Source of the DNA: Peribolospora baueri | Taxonomy: Eukaryota | Assembly (NCBI GenBank): GCA_029717555.1 | Contig: JAMDHS010000086.1 | Coordinates: 1 to 64,000, forward strand | Reading direction: 5' to 3' | Length of the DNA: 64,000 nucleotides | In this document: in pieces, positions 1-13,587 of the stretch | Numbering within the stretch: the stretch's first letter is position 1 | Layout: each line of letters begins with the position of its first letter | Translations under genes and position numbers: made by a program | Notes under the pieces: model-generated | The model's database searches: none | Told to the model about the DNA's origin: nothing | The model's input: only the letters and a program-made list of their open reading frames with translations

Positions 1-397
1 CGCCCCCCCCCCCCCCCACCCCTCCGCCCTTCGTCCTCCGCTCGTGTACTTGTAGACCATGCCGGCATCCACTCCTCCCTCTCCCGGATCGGATTGGACC
101 CGGTCGCTCGATGTTCGCTTCGTCTTCTTTCTCTTCCTCTGCAAGCATGCAGTTCGTACGACCCGACGAAGAGCGAACCATGGATACTGATACAATACAG
201 CTACGCCGCCGTGCTCGGCTCGGCGGCGTGCCACAAACACGACCGTTGCGTTGCAAATATATGGGAGGGGAACCGAGGAGAGGAGAGAATGGGTGGGTCG
301 GTGGGGAAGCGGGTACGTGGAGAAGGCCGGGCGGGCGGGAGGTAGACGTTGGAAGAAGGAGCAGACGGGACGAGGGGAGAAATACTCTCGCGCGCAA

Positions 398-430
398 GAG
401 AGAGAGAGAGAGAGAAAGAGAGGGAGAGAG
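398..430. repeat. (GA)n microsatellite
   Basis: Imperfect GA run seen directly downstream of the BRE1 stop codon. Confidence 0.9.
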
Positions 431-470
431 CACGAGAGCGCTGGTCCATACGCCATACGAGCGTTTGCAT

Positions 471-3400
471 TCATTGGACTGAAGAGAAGAGAAGAGATCC
501 GTGGCGACGAGTCCTGTCAGTCGCCATCCTCCCATTCAAAAGCAAATTACATTCTGTCCACCCACAGTAGATCTGCTCCACGTCCTCCTTGGCAAACGAC
601 ACCTGACACGCCGGACACTTCCTCTGCCTCGTCGCGATCCGCGCATCGATGCAGTCCTTGCAAAACGTGTGGAAGCACTTGGAGATGGTATGAGACCGGA
701 AGCGGATCTTGCAAGTCGAGCAAAGGAGCATGTTCTGCGTTTCGAGGGATTGGAGGCCAAGGTGAAACAGATCGACGTGTGATGGATGGCGCGGCCAGAA
801 GATGTCAGAAGCTGTGGGTGAGATGAAGGCATTCGACAAACCCACCCTCAGCAACGTATTGTCCTTCTGTAGCGCCCGCTCTTCCTTGGAAACCCCGGAG
901 CCGGTGGTTGTCGAGGAAGCAACTGCGAGATTCTGAAGCTCTCTCTCCAGCTTGCTAGCCTTTTCCTCCGCTCGCTTTCGCGCCGACGCCTCCGTCTCTG
1001 CTTCCGCCACACGTTTGCGATGTAGAGCGGTCATCTGCAGCGTATGAAAGGGATGAGGTTGAGTGGAAAATACAGCGAAATGCAGACAAGACTGGACCTA
1101 GTTTACCTCAGCGACGCCCTTCTCCGAAAATTGTAGCCGATTTCGCACGTCTTGAACGTCGTGTTCCAGAGAGGCGATTTTGTCCCGATACGTCTGCAGG
1201 GATCGCTTGTACCCGCTGATCTCCTTCTCTTGGGTGGTCTGAACAACAACAACCCAAGAGTTCTGACGCTTAGCAAACAGATAAATCGAGACCTCCGGTG
1301 TGACGACTTACCAGTTGGCTGGACAAGCTCTTCTCCGCCTCTGTCAACTTCTCGATGACCTTAACCTGCTTCTCAATGTTGCGCTGAGCCGCCTTCCTTT
1401 CCGCTTCCACTGCTTCCTTGTTCCGCATGGCGCCAAAATACTTGTTGTCCGCTTTAGCTTTCTGCATTGACAAGAAGAAAAGGGATCCATTGGGGGATAT
1501 AGTGAGGAACCTATTTCTACGGTAACGATTGGCGGAAAAAATTATTAACTTGCCTCGGCTGTCAGCCGGGTAACCTTGTCCTCTAAAGCAGCCAGGTTGA
1601 AGACCTTGCTCTTACACTGCTCCTCCGAGGTCTGCCATGCTTCCGAGAGCTTCTCTACCTCGAGGAAGAGCGCCTCGTTTGCCTGCAGTAGCCAAAATTG
1701 ATGGTGAAGGAAATAACTCAGCTCTGCGCACTGCAGAAAGCTAGACACAAGCCGCTCACCGCCTCGGCTTCCTTCCTCTTCAGCTCGAGCTGCTCGATCA
1801 AGGCCGTCTTTTCCTCCAATCGTGTCGCCAATTGACGTACGTCGGGACCGGCCTGACTGCCAAGGAGTTTTGCATATCGGTCAACCCGGTCGTGAAGCTC
1901 GGCGACCTGGGACTTCAAAGATGCCTCTGAAGCCGCCAGGGCCGTTACGTCGTCCGATGCCATTGCATACGCTTCCAGCTCGTTCTGGAGGTTCCGGACA
2001 GATTCCTCGGACTCCTTGAGCTTAGTCTCAAGGTGTTTAACAAAAGAAAGCTCTTCGTTGACGAGATGGAAGTCCACTGCCTGCGCGTCGCCAGCGTCAG
2101 CAGCAATTTTCGCCTTCAGTCTTCGCACTTCAGAGACGAGGGCGTCAATGCGGTCCTATAAGCATGACGCAATATAGTCAGCTTTATATCCGCCGCGCCG
2201 TGTAGAAACATGCACGTCCCAATCCATGCACACCTTTCGCGAATTTGCCAAAGTCCGGATCTCTTGAACTTGTCTCTGTTTGAGCTGCTCCCTTGCAAGC
2301 TTCTCGTTGTTGTCACCCTGTAGGTCGTCACGCTGTTGCCGTAATCGGGTGACGTCGGCTTCCCGAGCTTGAAGCTGAGTGCGGAGTTCCTCGCATCTGT
2401 CGTTGGCTTCCGCCTGCGCGCGAAAGAAGACGTGGAGATCTCGGCCGTGAGGATAAGTGCGGCTGGTGCTTAGGAAAAGACACTTCACACTTACTGTGAC
2501 TACGTCCTGGAACTCCCTCCTCCTCTCCCTCAGATCATCCGCCTCCTGTGTCAGCGAACTAACTTGAGCCTTCGCTTGCTCGGCATCCGCCTTGAGGCCC
2601 GCCAATTGGGAATGCAACTCCTTGAACATCGGCGACTCGGCTATGAGATCGTCTGGTAAAGTGGCGAGCTTCATCTTCAGATGATCGACCTCGAGCCGCA
2701 ACTGCTCGTTCTCTTGTCTCAACGATTGGCAATCGTTCAAGCGCCCTTCGGACTCGGATCGCAGGTGCTCAAGCTCTGTCGCCACGTTTAATGGAGTCAT
2801 CGCGCCGTTCGGAGTGGGTGTTTGCTTCACGGGCTGAAGGATGACAAAGAAGCCACAGTGAGCAACCTTCACGACCATGTCAAGTTGATGTGAAAGGGAC
2901 TTACTGGTGAAGCAGACTTCTCCTCCTTCACCTCTTGCATTGCATCCTTTTCCCCGTCTTGTTCTTGCTTCACCTCCTCCTTCATGCTCGGCAGCTCCAT
3001 CGCCTGCACCGTACGGCTCCGTAACCGATCCGCCTTCTTCTCTGCTCGTCTCAACCTTTCCTGCAGGTCGGCGATAGTTGTTTCCGCGTCCCTCAGCTGC
3101 TGATCGGCTACTCGAAGCTGCTCTTTGAGCAAGCTCGCCTGGGCGTGGAAAATGAAGAGGTTAAGGTTAAAGTCATATTCGACAGGTCGCAGAAGGCTGG
3201 GTAGAGGCACACTCACTTCCTTCACGACAGCGTGACACCGGGACTGCAGTTGCCTTAGATCAGGCCGGCCGCGCAACGCAGGATCGGCAGTAATGATGCG
3301 GGCGAGAAGCTCCTGGGATGCTCTTAACCGCTCTTGTAGCGCTTGTTCAAAGGCTTGCAAGGCTGGAGAAGTTGGAGTGAAGGAAAACGACTGCACAAAC

Positions 3401-4082
3401 ACTGAGACGGAAGAGCAGACGCTTCAAATGTGTAAGAACCCTTGCCTTCCTCGGTGTTAGGAGCGAAGCAGAGACTCACTCTCTTGATTTTCTGCAAACA
3501 TGGCTTCGTCCGAGCCCATCGTCCTGACGTCTTGCGCCAGCTAGAACCGTGGAATGTCCAAACGAATGCCTGCCTCAGCGTCCGAATATCTCAGCTTCTC
3601 AGCGACGCTTCCGTACCGGACAAGATCACCCACCTGATCCCAAAACGCGTTCAAGGCCCCTGTTCTCGCCTCCATATCCGTCCGGCTCCGCTCCAGGAGG
3701 GTTACCTGTTCATGTGCCCTGGCCAACTCGCGTTTGTATTCGAGCATCTGGCGGTAAATGGCCTCCTTCCTGAAAGGCTGTGAACGGTGAAAGGGAGACC
3801 CGCAGACGGAGGAGAAAAGGGGAACGACAAAAGTTTGTCAACCGAGCGAGCTCCCGAGCAACATTTCTCATAGACAATTCTATGGCCAAATCCACTTACT
3901 TCGAGGGTTTTTCCATACAGATAACCACCTTCATCTTCCCCTTCCTCTGTCTCCCCACCGTTCATCGTCCCCCGCATGCCGTCCGTCTCCGTCGCTCCGA
4001 CATCGAGCTGGAGTCTTTTAGACGGCTTGTCAGCCACAGGGTCTTCAAGGATGCGCTTGCGTTCGTCGGGGTAGGCGGCCAT
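471..4082 (-). CDS. BRE1: E3 ubiquitin ligase Bre1 (H2B monoubiquitination), multi-exon
   Basis: Long coiled-coil exons including KAKADNKYFGAMRNKEA, then a C-terminal RING CSTCKIRFRSHTISKCFHTFCKDCIDARIATRQRKCPAC. Start MAAYPDERKR at 4082; last exon T|TC CAA TGA at 471-478. Confidence 0.9.
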
Positions 4083-4674
4083 GAAATGGTGGACTGATCG
4101 GTGCTGGTGGAAGGTGAAGGATCAAGAAGATACAAGTGGCTGAATGCTGCCAAATCGGCGAGGAGGTCAAAGCGTCCTCACATTTGAGGTTCGCAGCGAC
4201 AGCCCGCCTATCTCCGCAGCTTCAGGCGGTCCGCAGCAGCGTTCGTGAGTTGCCGCAGCACAAATTGTCGTTAACCGTTCTCGCCTCAACACTCGCACGA
4301 ATCTCATTCCTTATTATCCTCTCCCGCGTCCTCCACGCTGCCGTGGTAGGCTGCCATTGGCGGTCGTCCTTGGACGTAACGAAGATGATCTACCAGGATT
4401 CGATCCGACCGGAGGACCGCGACAAGGCCGCCTCCTTGCACACCATAGGGAGGAACGTTTTGTAGGCTTGTGGATGGGACTAAAGAATACAGAGGAAGAT
4501 GGATCACGCCTTCCACAATATTCTTATAGTTGACCGCAATACTTATCAATCGATTTCGTCGTCAGACGAAGCAGGAATGCATCCTGGTTGCAAAAGGGAG
4601 ATGGACATAGGGTACGAGAAGACACAGCACCCTACGAGTCGTATTTGCGTTGCGACCAGCTCGCCTGAACTTGC

Positions 4675-7600
4675 TCAAGCCCACCAAGAAGCCTCGTTCC
4701 GGTAAGTCCCTCCAGCGTACGACACAGCGCCAAACAGCGTCCTCATCTCCTCCTCGTCGACGTGCGCCCCGCCGATGCGAGCGATCTGCAGCAGGTCCCA
4801 CAGTCGAGACATTAGGTCGCCCTTTCCAGATCCTCCTTCTCTCTCCTCCTGCTCCCGCGCCTCGCGCTGCACCGGCGTCTGTTGTAGACGCTCAGACTCG
4901 GCCTGGGCGACTACTAGGGTGACAGCGGCGGATATGTGCTCAGCCGCTTCTTGGTACATCTGTGCAACGATGGGACGATCAGCGTTGAAGAGGGGATGGT
5001 ATGGTTAGTTCAACGACATGCAATGAAGGCGAGAAGAAAGCGAGAGTTGAGGATGATCCGTCGTGCTAAAAATATTCACCTTGAGGCTGATGCATGCGAT
5101 GGCCAAATTGAAGCGAGATCTGATGAAGGTTGGGTTCAACTCGAGGGCACGATGGTAGTACTCGAGCGCCTCGCGGGAACGGCCCCTGAGGTGGGAAGGT
5201 GGAGATGTAGCAGGCATGCTCTAGTTAGTCGTCGGCTCGGACAGGGCGATGAGTGACTGACTGCGAAAAATATTGACTTACGAATTGGAGAGTGTGGCGC
5301 CGATCCTGTTGTAGAGTTGCCAGTCCTGAAAACCAGTACGTAGAATCAAATCAGCTGAGCCGATCTTTCTTCAATGCCCCTCCCCCCTCCCCCCGCGGGT
5401 TGTGACGGGAGATTGACTCACGTCCGGCTTCACGAGCAGTGCGGAATGGAAACAGTCTACGGCCTTGTCATAGTCCTGCCGACGATCCCGTCAGAATAGG
5501 GAGCGGTCAGGGCTTCGTTTCGGATGAAACCGAAGGTCCAACCTCTGCATATCGCCATGCCTTCCACTCACCTCGCTAGTGTTGAACAAGATGCCCAAAG
5601 CGATTTGCACGTCAGCGTCCACCTCTCCAACCGGAGCGCTCCTGGCGAGCTCGATAAGCAAAGCGGTCAGATCGAGGTGCTTCGATGCTTCCGCGCTCCC
5701 TCCATCGCCTAGCTCTAGGGGCGAGCTCGAACGGCCGGCCTCTGAAGATCGGTTTGGGGGCGCGGCGGTGGCGGTCCTGGCCCGGTAAGCGCGGACAAGG
5801 TCGGCGTACCGGGGATTGTGCTCGATCCACTTCTCGATGGCATCGTACGCGCTTGCTCGGTCGTTCTCATTGGTGTAACTGACGGCAAGGGCGAGCCAGG
5901 CGGGTCGGTAGGACGGGTCGAGCTCGACGGCGCGACGGAGAGCGCGGATGGCAAGGCCCTCTCGCTCACTGGCTTGTTGCTGTACTCCGAGCTCGAACCA
6001 CATCGATGCGTCCGCCGGGTCGCGTTGGACGGCGGCTTCGCGCTCTAAGATAGTCTCCGCCACCGCGTCGTGGCCGCGACCGTCGTGGCGAGCGTGATGG
6101 AAGGTGGTGTTTTCTTCCAGGTATGGGTTCTGAGGCTGAAAGGGATAAGCGTGGTCCTGGTCCTGGTCCGACACGGGGCGGATACCAGTCGCTGTTGCCT
6201 CAAAAGCGTCCCAGTCTCTCTGGAGCGCGTCCCACTCTGCTACTTGAGGGCCCGGAACACCCCTTCCTTGGGTACCTCTCCACCCCCTTCCTACGAAATC
6301 CTCATCCTCCCATCGCTCCCCTTCATCCTGCTCGTCCTTCTCCTCCCACCTCTCCGTCGCACCGGGCACGCGCGTCGATATACCATGCTTGGACGACTCG
6401 GCGCGGAACTTGGACGCTGCCTCCTCGAAGAGAGCGTCTTCGTCGTCTGACTCTTGGATCCCTCCTCCATCGCCCTGGAACTGCGCACCAGACCTCCGAC
6501 TGGCCTTCTTCCTCTCGCGCTCCTCTGCCATGGCGTCTTCATCGGCCCAAAACTCGCTGAGCTCACGTCGGCCCTCCAACTCCTGTGCAAGAGGGAGCGA
6601 GGACGGAATGCCAGTTGTCCTTTTCTGCTGAGCAAAGAGGGCATCAGGCAAGCCGCTCAGCTGCCCCGACGCCCCAGCGGCGGCCGCATTTGCCCAACGG
6701 TAAGTCTCCGCGTCTGGAGCGCTGCTTGTTTCAGCGACAGGCTGATGCATCTCAACGTCCATGCCTGGTCCAAGGTCTCTTGCCTTGCCCTTTCCCTTGA
6801 CACTTCCAACGGCAGTGCCGTCGTCGCCGACGCCAGCAGAAGTGGACCCCTGTCCTTTTTCGACCATCTCATTCCCCTCTATGGTGACCTGTTTATCCCT
6901 GATTTGCTTCATGAGGCCTAAGAAGGCGCTCTTGCCGAACTTGGGGTTCTGCTCGTGCTCGACAGATGAGACCAGAAGTCCCGCAGTGCGCGCCAGCTGG
7001 TCCCTTTCCTCGTCGTCATTGAAGTCTTGCCTGGGAGGCGCAGCAGTCTCAGCAACTTGTGTGGGCGCATCTAGGGCGTGAATGGGCGAGGGCGGCCCTT
7101 GGCTCCCTTGCAGCTCCTTCTCGTGCGTCATGAAGGCCTCGTCCCACGAGGGATCTGCGTGTCCGTGTGCATGTGATATGTGGCATGCGCAAAAAATCAT
7201 CAGCTCGCTGGATCACGAACGTCAATCAGGAGAGGCAGCGGCCTGGGTCGACCTTTGTACGTCAGTACACGGGATTGCTCACCCAGTCCCAATCTCGTCA
7301 TTTCCTTGTCCAGCTCATCGACCGCTGCAGGCGACCTTGCTCCCACTTCTACGATGCGATCCTTCATCATGCGGTCCTCCCTCATCCAAGCCTCCTGGCG
7401 TTGTTGCATGTACATGTCCTGCATCATCCTTGCCCTCACCATGTCCTCTTCCATCTTCCTCATCGCGTTCACGCTCGCCACGCCATTTCCATGGGCCACA
7501 GCACCGGCCAGCCCAGGAGAAGCCCTCGGGGATGAAGTCTGGAGAGCTCCGGGTCCTGAACGGTCCTTGCTGATCTCACTATGGCTTGCCGGCAGCGGTA

Positions 7601-8359
7601 CGGAATTTTGCTGCTTCAGGAAGTCGGCAGCCCATCCAACGTTTCCAAAGCCCGCTCTCGTCGTCGCACCGGGTCCTCCACCAAATTGCTGGTGTGAACT
7701 CGCGCCAGCAGTCCTTGCGGCGAGGAAGGCGTCTTCAAAGTCTAGATGCGAAGCCGGAGACGGACCTTGTTGATGCTGCCCCTGAAACGCGGGAGAGCGC
7801 CGAAGTTGCGACGGCGTGGGGCTGGAAGAGACAAAGGTATGCGGAGGAGGAGACAGTGACGGCAAGGCTTGCAGTCGAGTTTGATCGAGTGAGGACGGAG
7901 TCCCAGACCCGAAGAAGCGAGAGGCGTCGGCGTCTTGGCCAGATGAAAGGTCACGCTGAATGGAGCGGAAGGGCTGCAGATCGAGAGAAGTCCGGTGATT
8001 GTGTGCAAAGAGGAGAGGTTCAACGTCAATGCCCCAGCCACAGGTCAGCGTTCCGGGACATTAAGCGACCTGTATAAGGAATGTGACGGCGAGGGGCCGT
8101 AAACTCACCGCAGACGACGGCCCAGCTTGAGGGACAAACCGATCCTGCGGAACAATGAGAAACAGAGACGTATAATGAGCGATAGGATCGGAGCGTGACG
8201 TCGAAAAGTCACTTCAGTCCGCTTTGTCTACCATGTCCAGCAGGATCAGCATCTCACCTGCTGAGTTCCTCGATCCTGACCGAACGTTTTGGCGAAGCCC
8301 TGCAGCGGGTTCGAAGGCCCGCATTCAGCACCGCCGCTGACGAGCTGAGAGAGTGACAT
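4675..8359 (-). CDS. PEX5: Peroxisomal targeting signal receptor Pex5 (TPR), multi-exon
   Basis: N-terminus MSLSQLVSGGAECGPSNPLQ has the conserved Cys; WxxxF motifs (WAADF, WDEAF); YPFQPQNPY followed by TPRs (WFELGVQQQASERE, DADVQIALGILFNTSE, YNRIGATLSN). Exact C-terminal end uncertain. Confidence 0.9.
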
Positions 8360-8765
8360 GACGTGGACGACGAAGGGAGAAGCGAGAGTTCGCCTTCCGT
8401 CCCCGGTCGTGAAAGTTTAGGAGAGAAATCACTTAAGCGAGAAGCAGTGGCGCTGGATGAGTCGAGAAGAGGGAGCGACCAAGATGTCACACGCAACTTT
8501 CAACCACTCCGCGGAGCGCTGCGGTGATCCGGGGTGACCGGTGACCGGGCTCTTAGAGAGCCGGCCTTGGCCGTCCCCTCCCCGCGTTAAGATAGGTTTG
8601 TCTTGCTGCGGCGGCTAAGCGTCACGTGGACGGAGGGCTCAAATTCCGACATGAAGTGGCCGACCAGACGGAATGAGTGCGAACTTGTAGGACGAGCGCT
8701 CGTACGCTCAAGTCGGGCAGAGACCAGGTTAAGACGCTCGGCCCCAGCGCCATGTCCCTCAACTC

Positions 8766-10351
8766 ATGGCTGGCCTCGCAGGAAACACCATCCTCAGCGG
8801 TGCGCGGCGCATCTTCGCGTTCGGGTTGAACATCTCTCGTCAAGGCCTGCCTTCCCCTTCGTCCGCCATAAATGGGCCTCCATCCTTTCTCGAATCGCCC
8901 ACTGACATTACCGCCTACACGCACTGCGATGCCATTCTCGATTCCGCTTGGGCCGAGACTGCCGGCGCACAGTCAGAATCTGGCGAGGTGAGGCTTTGGG
9001 GTCTCGCCGACTGTGACGCTGTGGACGAGGACGACGAGGAGACAGAAGAAGAGCACGTTGTCGTCCTCGAAATGGAAAAGTCGCGACCAGTCGGTCCGAA
9101 GAAGTTCCTGGGAAGCGACCACTTTATCGCTTGCTTAGGGGACGACGGGGTCGTTTATTTCCCGGCCTCGGTCAATGTGGGTGAGGAGCAGACCAAAGGT
9201 GACCTGTCGTCGCCCCGGCGGGAAGAGAGGAAGAAAAGGAGGCGATGGGCGCCCCGTAACGGACACTTGGATGTGGTTTGGAAGGACGTGGATGTTGATG
9301 AGGCTGGAAGGGCTGTTGGTATAGACGGTGAGTGACTTGACGAACGTTCTCCGGTCATCCACGTTCCTCATTCGTAGGGGCAAATATGAAAGTGGAAGAC
9401 TGTTCGAGCCTGCTACTTTTCCGCTCACCGAGTCCGTCACGTCCTCCTCTTAGCCGAGGGAAAGGCGTTCTTCAGCTCCACTCTAGCTTCTTTGCTCTCG
9501 TGCTGCTCATCTGACAGACAACCCCTGTCGCTGTCGGTGGCGGAAGACGGCACCCAGACGTTGCCGCGGTTCACATCCGTGCATGCAGGCCTTGGCCACT
9601 TCGTCCTCTTGGCCTCCCCCATGGATACTTCAAACAATTCCCATCAAGTCTACGTGACTGGCGATAACCGATTCTCCCAACTCAGTTTAGACTATCCCGC
9701 ACCACATAACGTCCCTCCTCCCCTCGTGCGACCATTACCTTTCTTTTCTCCCTCCGAAGGCTTCCCGTCCAAAATCGGCGAGCTTTCCGTAGGCGCATTC
9801 CACAACGCCGCGAGGACGGAGGATGGAGACGTCTACGTCTGGGGCAGGAACGCAGAGGGCCAGTTGGGAGATGAGGAGGCCGGTCCAGAGCCTCTGCTTG
9901 TTTCGCTTGGAGGAGAAGAGATGGACGCAGAGGAGGACGAGAAGGTCGTGAGCGTCGCATGTGGCTCCAAGCATACCGTCCTGATCACGCATAGCGGCCG
10001 GGTTTGGGTGGCCGGGTCGGGTGGGTATCCCAGCGTCCGATTCTGCACTCATATGGGCCGCTGCGTCATTGTCCCGTCTGATGCTTTCTTTGTCCTTTCG
10101 TGGGCGCTCCAGACGAGCACTCGGCTCTCGGTTTAGGCGACCAACACGGCGTTCAGTCATCATCTCACCCCAGCTCAAATGGAAGCGCTGGTCCATCTTC
10201 GCACGCTCAAAGTACCGTGGTACCCACGTTCACTCTTCATCCCTTCTTCGCGACGCATCATCAGCGCTTGCTGCCTGTCCGGGTCGTTGCACGTCGGTGG
10301 ACCACCTTTGTCATTTGTGAGACTCTTGACTCGTCCGCGTCGACGAGCTGA
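8766..10351 (+). CDS. RCC1/BLIP-II beta-propeller repeat protein (possibly Ats1/Kti13-like)
   Basis: RCC1 repeats VHAGLGHFVLL..VYVTGDNRFSQL, LSVGAFHNAARTEDGDVYVWGRNAEGQLG and VACGSKHTVLITHSGRVWVAG; ends RRWTTFVICE. Confidence 0.75.
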
Positions 10352-10783
10352 AGGATCGAACGACTGTGGGCGGGCTCGTTTCTTCAAGCTCTGCGAATCA
10401 GCAATGAAGACACCGGTGGGAGCGTCTACGACTTGTTAAACATGGCCAAGGATGCTCAATGCTTGTTGGAGAAGCTGTAAACAGAGGGTGCGAGCGGCTA
10501 TCCTCGGAGAGATGTATCGTCACACAACCTTGTTGAGTGTGTGGACCGACAGTCGTCGGAAACATTTCTGGAAAGAAGCAGACTTCTGTGATGGAACAGG
10601 GTAATGAGGGATAGACGTCGGCCCCTTGACAATCGCCGTCCCCTGAGAGGAAGAGACTCGGTCTAAGTAGTATACAAATGACATACAAGAGAGCGACAGA
10701 GACGAAACGCCGATATCGTACTCGACGCTCAAGGCCACAGGCCGTTTGAAAGGAAACGTTTGACTGGCGCAGGCTATACATGT

Positions 10784-12753
10784 TCATCGGCCAGGGTACA
10801 TCATCTGCGTGCTCCAACTGGCCACGCCCCACGCTCCGCCTCCGACCTTTGTGCCGCCGAGCAAAGGCACGTTCGTCCTCTGCGGCTTCTTCATCTCCTC
10901 TGACCTGTCCCCCTTGCCTCCCTCCGCTCGCTCGTCTTGAATCTGGAGAGGGATCTCCGGCCACGCCGCGACTTTTTCGATCCTAGCCGCCGTAGGCTGT
11001 GAATCCGTTCGGAAATGAGGCGTGTGCGTGTGCGGTTCATAAAGGCCAAGCGGGGGTTCTAGCTCTCTCTTGCGCTTCTTGGCGCTGGGGCGATCACCGT
11101 CTGGCGACTTTTTCCGGACGTGAAGAATGGGTCGAGGTGTGCCGGCGGCGGAGTCCAGCGGGGTCGCGGGCGAGTCCACGCCCTTGGCCGCGCCGTCGGC
11201 TCGTCGCTCGGCGATGCCGGGCCCGAAAGCGGGCGTGCCTTCCTCCGCCTCCTCCTTGTCTCCTTCCGTCTCCCACGGTGGCTTGTCGTCCTCGTCCTCG
11301 ACCTGATCCGTCTCATCGGCAATCTCCTCCTCGCCCTCCTGACCCATCACCGTGTGGAAGGCGACCAACCTCTCGCGCCTGAACGCCCGCATGGCGCTGT
11401 TAGCCTCACTGACCTGCTGGGCAAACTTATGCATCCAGTTCCGCGGCGTAAGCTCCGCCCTCGCTAACGCCGCTCGCTTCATGGCGTGCGTGCCTGCCGC
11501 AGTGAAGGGTGCGAGACCAGGTCCCCCGAAGACGGTGACGCCGTCACCGAGCGACGAGTGATACGTTCGCGATCGCCCTGAAGGGGGCAGAGATGGCCCC
11601 AGAGCACCTCTCTCGCGTGGAAGAGACGCCTGCGCCTGGGATTGCTTCTCGCGGAGGTACTCAAGATTCTCCGCTATCTCGCCGACCGGCTCGCCTTCTT
11701 TGTGGCCTTCCTGACGAGACCTCTCCTCATCGTAGTCGTCGACGATATATTTTCCGTCTGAAGAGAATGAGCAAAGAAAGAAGGATTCAGCACGAAGGCT
11801 CGCAAGCGCTCTCTCCCAAAGCTCAACCATCAGCAAAGCGGCGAACTCACTCGCGACAATCTTGGCACCCATCAATTTGAAAACATTCCTCACGGCGACG
11901 GCGGTAACGCTCCTGCTCTTCAGATTGACGCTCAGCTTGCCATCATCGATGAGTTGCTGTTTTTCGCTCTGCCAGAGAGTGAGTTTGACGAGCAGGGGGT
12001 TCTTGCGGAAGAAGTAGAGCGAGTCGCGGTGGCCCGTGCAGCGCGCGGCGTCGATCGAAAGCATGTACAGCCTCTCTGGATCGTCGCGCACGGGGGATGT
12101 GAAAGTGGATTCCTTGTACTGTCGGCCTGTTGAGGTGGAGGGACGGCGTTTGCGCCTCATTCCAAATCAGTCCCGTCGCGTCCCAAAGGTTTCGAAGGGT
12201 GGCTTCCGTGCGACCTACCTCCGAGCAACCTCCCATGCTTGTCAATCTTCATCTCTCCGACTGGATTATCCGGCAACACGAGCTCGTCCTTTTCCAGCCG
12301 ATAAGTCTTTCCGCCGACCGTCCGCGTCTCCTGTCCAGGTGTGGCCTGAATCTCAGTCGCTGGCGTGGCAGGCGCAGTTGCGGCTGACGCCTGCGCCTGG
12401 TCATCGTCCGGCGCGGGCGTACCCTTTTTTTCCTCATTCTCCTTCTTCTCCTCCTCCACCTCCTCCTCCGCCTCCGCCTCCCCTCCCTCCTCCTCCGCTT
12501 CCTCTTCCTCCTCCTCACCATCCAGCTCTGGCGTCGAGAAAGTGGCTTTGGACCGTGTCGGTTGCTTGGACGCTCGAGACGGCCGGCGCGGCTGCTTTCG
12601 CGACCGGCCTAACCGTCGCCTGGCCGGTGCGACGTCGTCGACCTCCTTCTCTTCCTCACCATCGACCGCCATCTCCACGTCCGAGCCCGCGCCCTCCGCA
12701 TCCGCCGTACCTTGCGTCGTCGGCTGCGTGCGTTTTGCCCGTCTGCCTCTCAT
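10784..12753 (-). CDS. RSC7: RSC/SWI-SNF chromatin-remodelling subunit, Rsc7(Npl6)/Swp82 family
   Basis: DELVLPDNPVGEMKIDKHGRLLGGR|..YKESTF..ERLYMLSIDAARCTGHRDSLYFFRKNPLL..RSRSVTAVAVRNVFKLMGAKIV-type CRC domain, with an acidic N-terminus. Confidence 0.8.
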
Positions 12754-13013
12754 GTCGTGTGCGCGGACCCTTGAACAAAGTGAGGAAGGTCGTGGAATAA
12801 GTAAACATTCGCGAAGAAGCATCTGGTCGATGCCGCCGCCGGGAGACCTGGTTGCCGCAGCCAAACGAGGCACGCCACGATCCTGCTGTCGCTTGCAGCC
12901 CAGGTCTTTCGTCTGACGACCGCTACCACCAACCCGCGGCCCATGTCCACCGGCGGCGGCTTAGCTTGGCTCCGAGGACCTCGTATCGTCACCATCATCA
13001 TCGCCGGACCAAC

Positions 13014-13439
13014 ATGTCCACCTCGGCAAGCACCCTCGAGCAGCAGAACGACGACGCGCTCGACTCGCTCTTCTCCAAGGTGAAGGCGTTGCGGAGCGTC
13101 ACGGTGGACATTCACGAGGACAGCGAGCGCCAGCGAGGAATCCTTGGCAACACCGTGAGCGTCGTCGTCGTCACCGAGCATTGGAACATTCAAACCGATC
13201 AACGCTTTGACATTGGTGGATGAAGAGGACGAGTCTGACCAAACCCGCGACGGTCCTTCCCTTCCTTCCCCTTCCCTCCCGTTCAGTCGGAGACCTTCGA
13301 CCGCTTCGGCACCTCCCTCTCCACCACCTCCAACCGCTTCACGAGAACCATCTCCCAAGCGTCGCGCAACAACCGGTTAACGGTCTACATCGTCGCCGGC
13401 GTCGTCTCGCTCTTCCTGCTCTGGTACTTCTTCCGCTGA
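13014..13439 (+). CDS. Qc-SNARE, Sft1/Bet1-like, 97 aa, 2 exons (13014-13154, 13287-13439)
   Basis: LEQQNDDALDSLFSKVKALRSVTVDIHED SNARE motif and C-terminal TM anchor LTVYIVAGVVSLFLLWYFFR*. Confidence 0.8.
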
Positions 13440-13542
13440 GCTTTCCCCCTCCCCCCGGCGCCGCTTCCCCCATCGGCCACGCGAGGAAAGGAAAAGAAAA
13501 GGAACGGCGTCCTCCCCTTTTCTACGCGGCCTACTAGCTCAT

Positions 13543-13587
13543 CCGCCCGCCCGCCCGCCCGCCCGCCCGTCCGTCCGTCCGTCCGTC
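13543..13587. repeat. Compound (CCGC)n(CCGT)n tetranucleotide repeat
   Basis: Seen directly between two convergent 3' ends. Confidence 0.9.

Noticed and set aside
1..345. Possible terminal exon or short ORFs at the window start
   Set aside because: No recognisable product and no upstream context
4136..4705. Small ORFs between the BRE1 start and the PEX5 end
   Set aside because: No recognisable motifs; consistent with promoter and 3' UTR sequence
8766..10351. Counting the RCC1-repeat gene as KTI13/ATS1, a further tRNA-modification gene
   Set aside because: RCC1 repeats are not diagnostic of orthology by eye, and it lies over 30 kb from the TRM/RPC block
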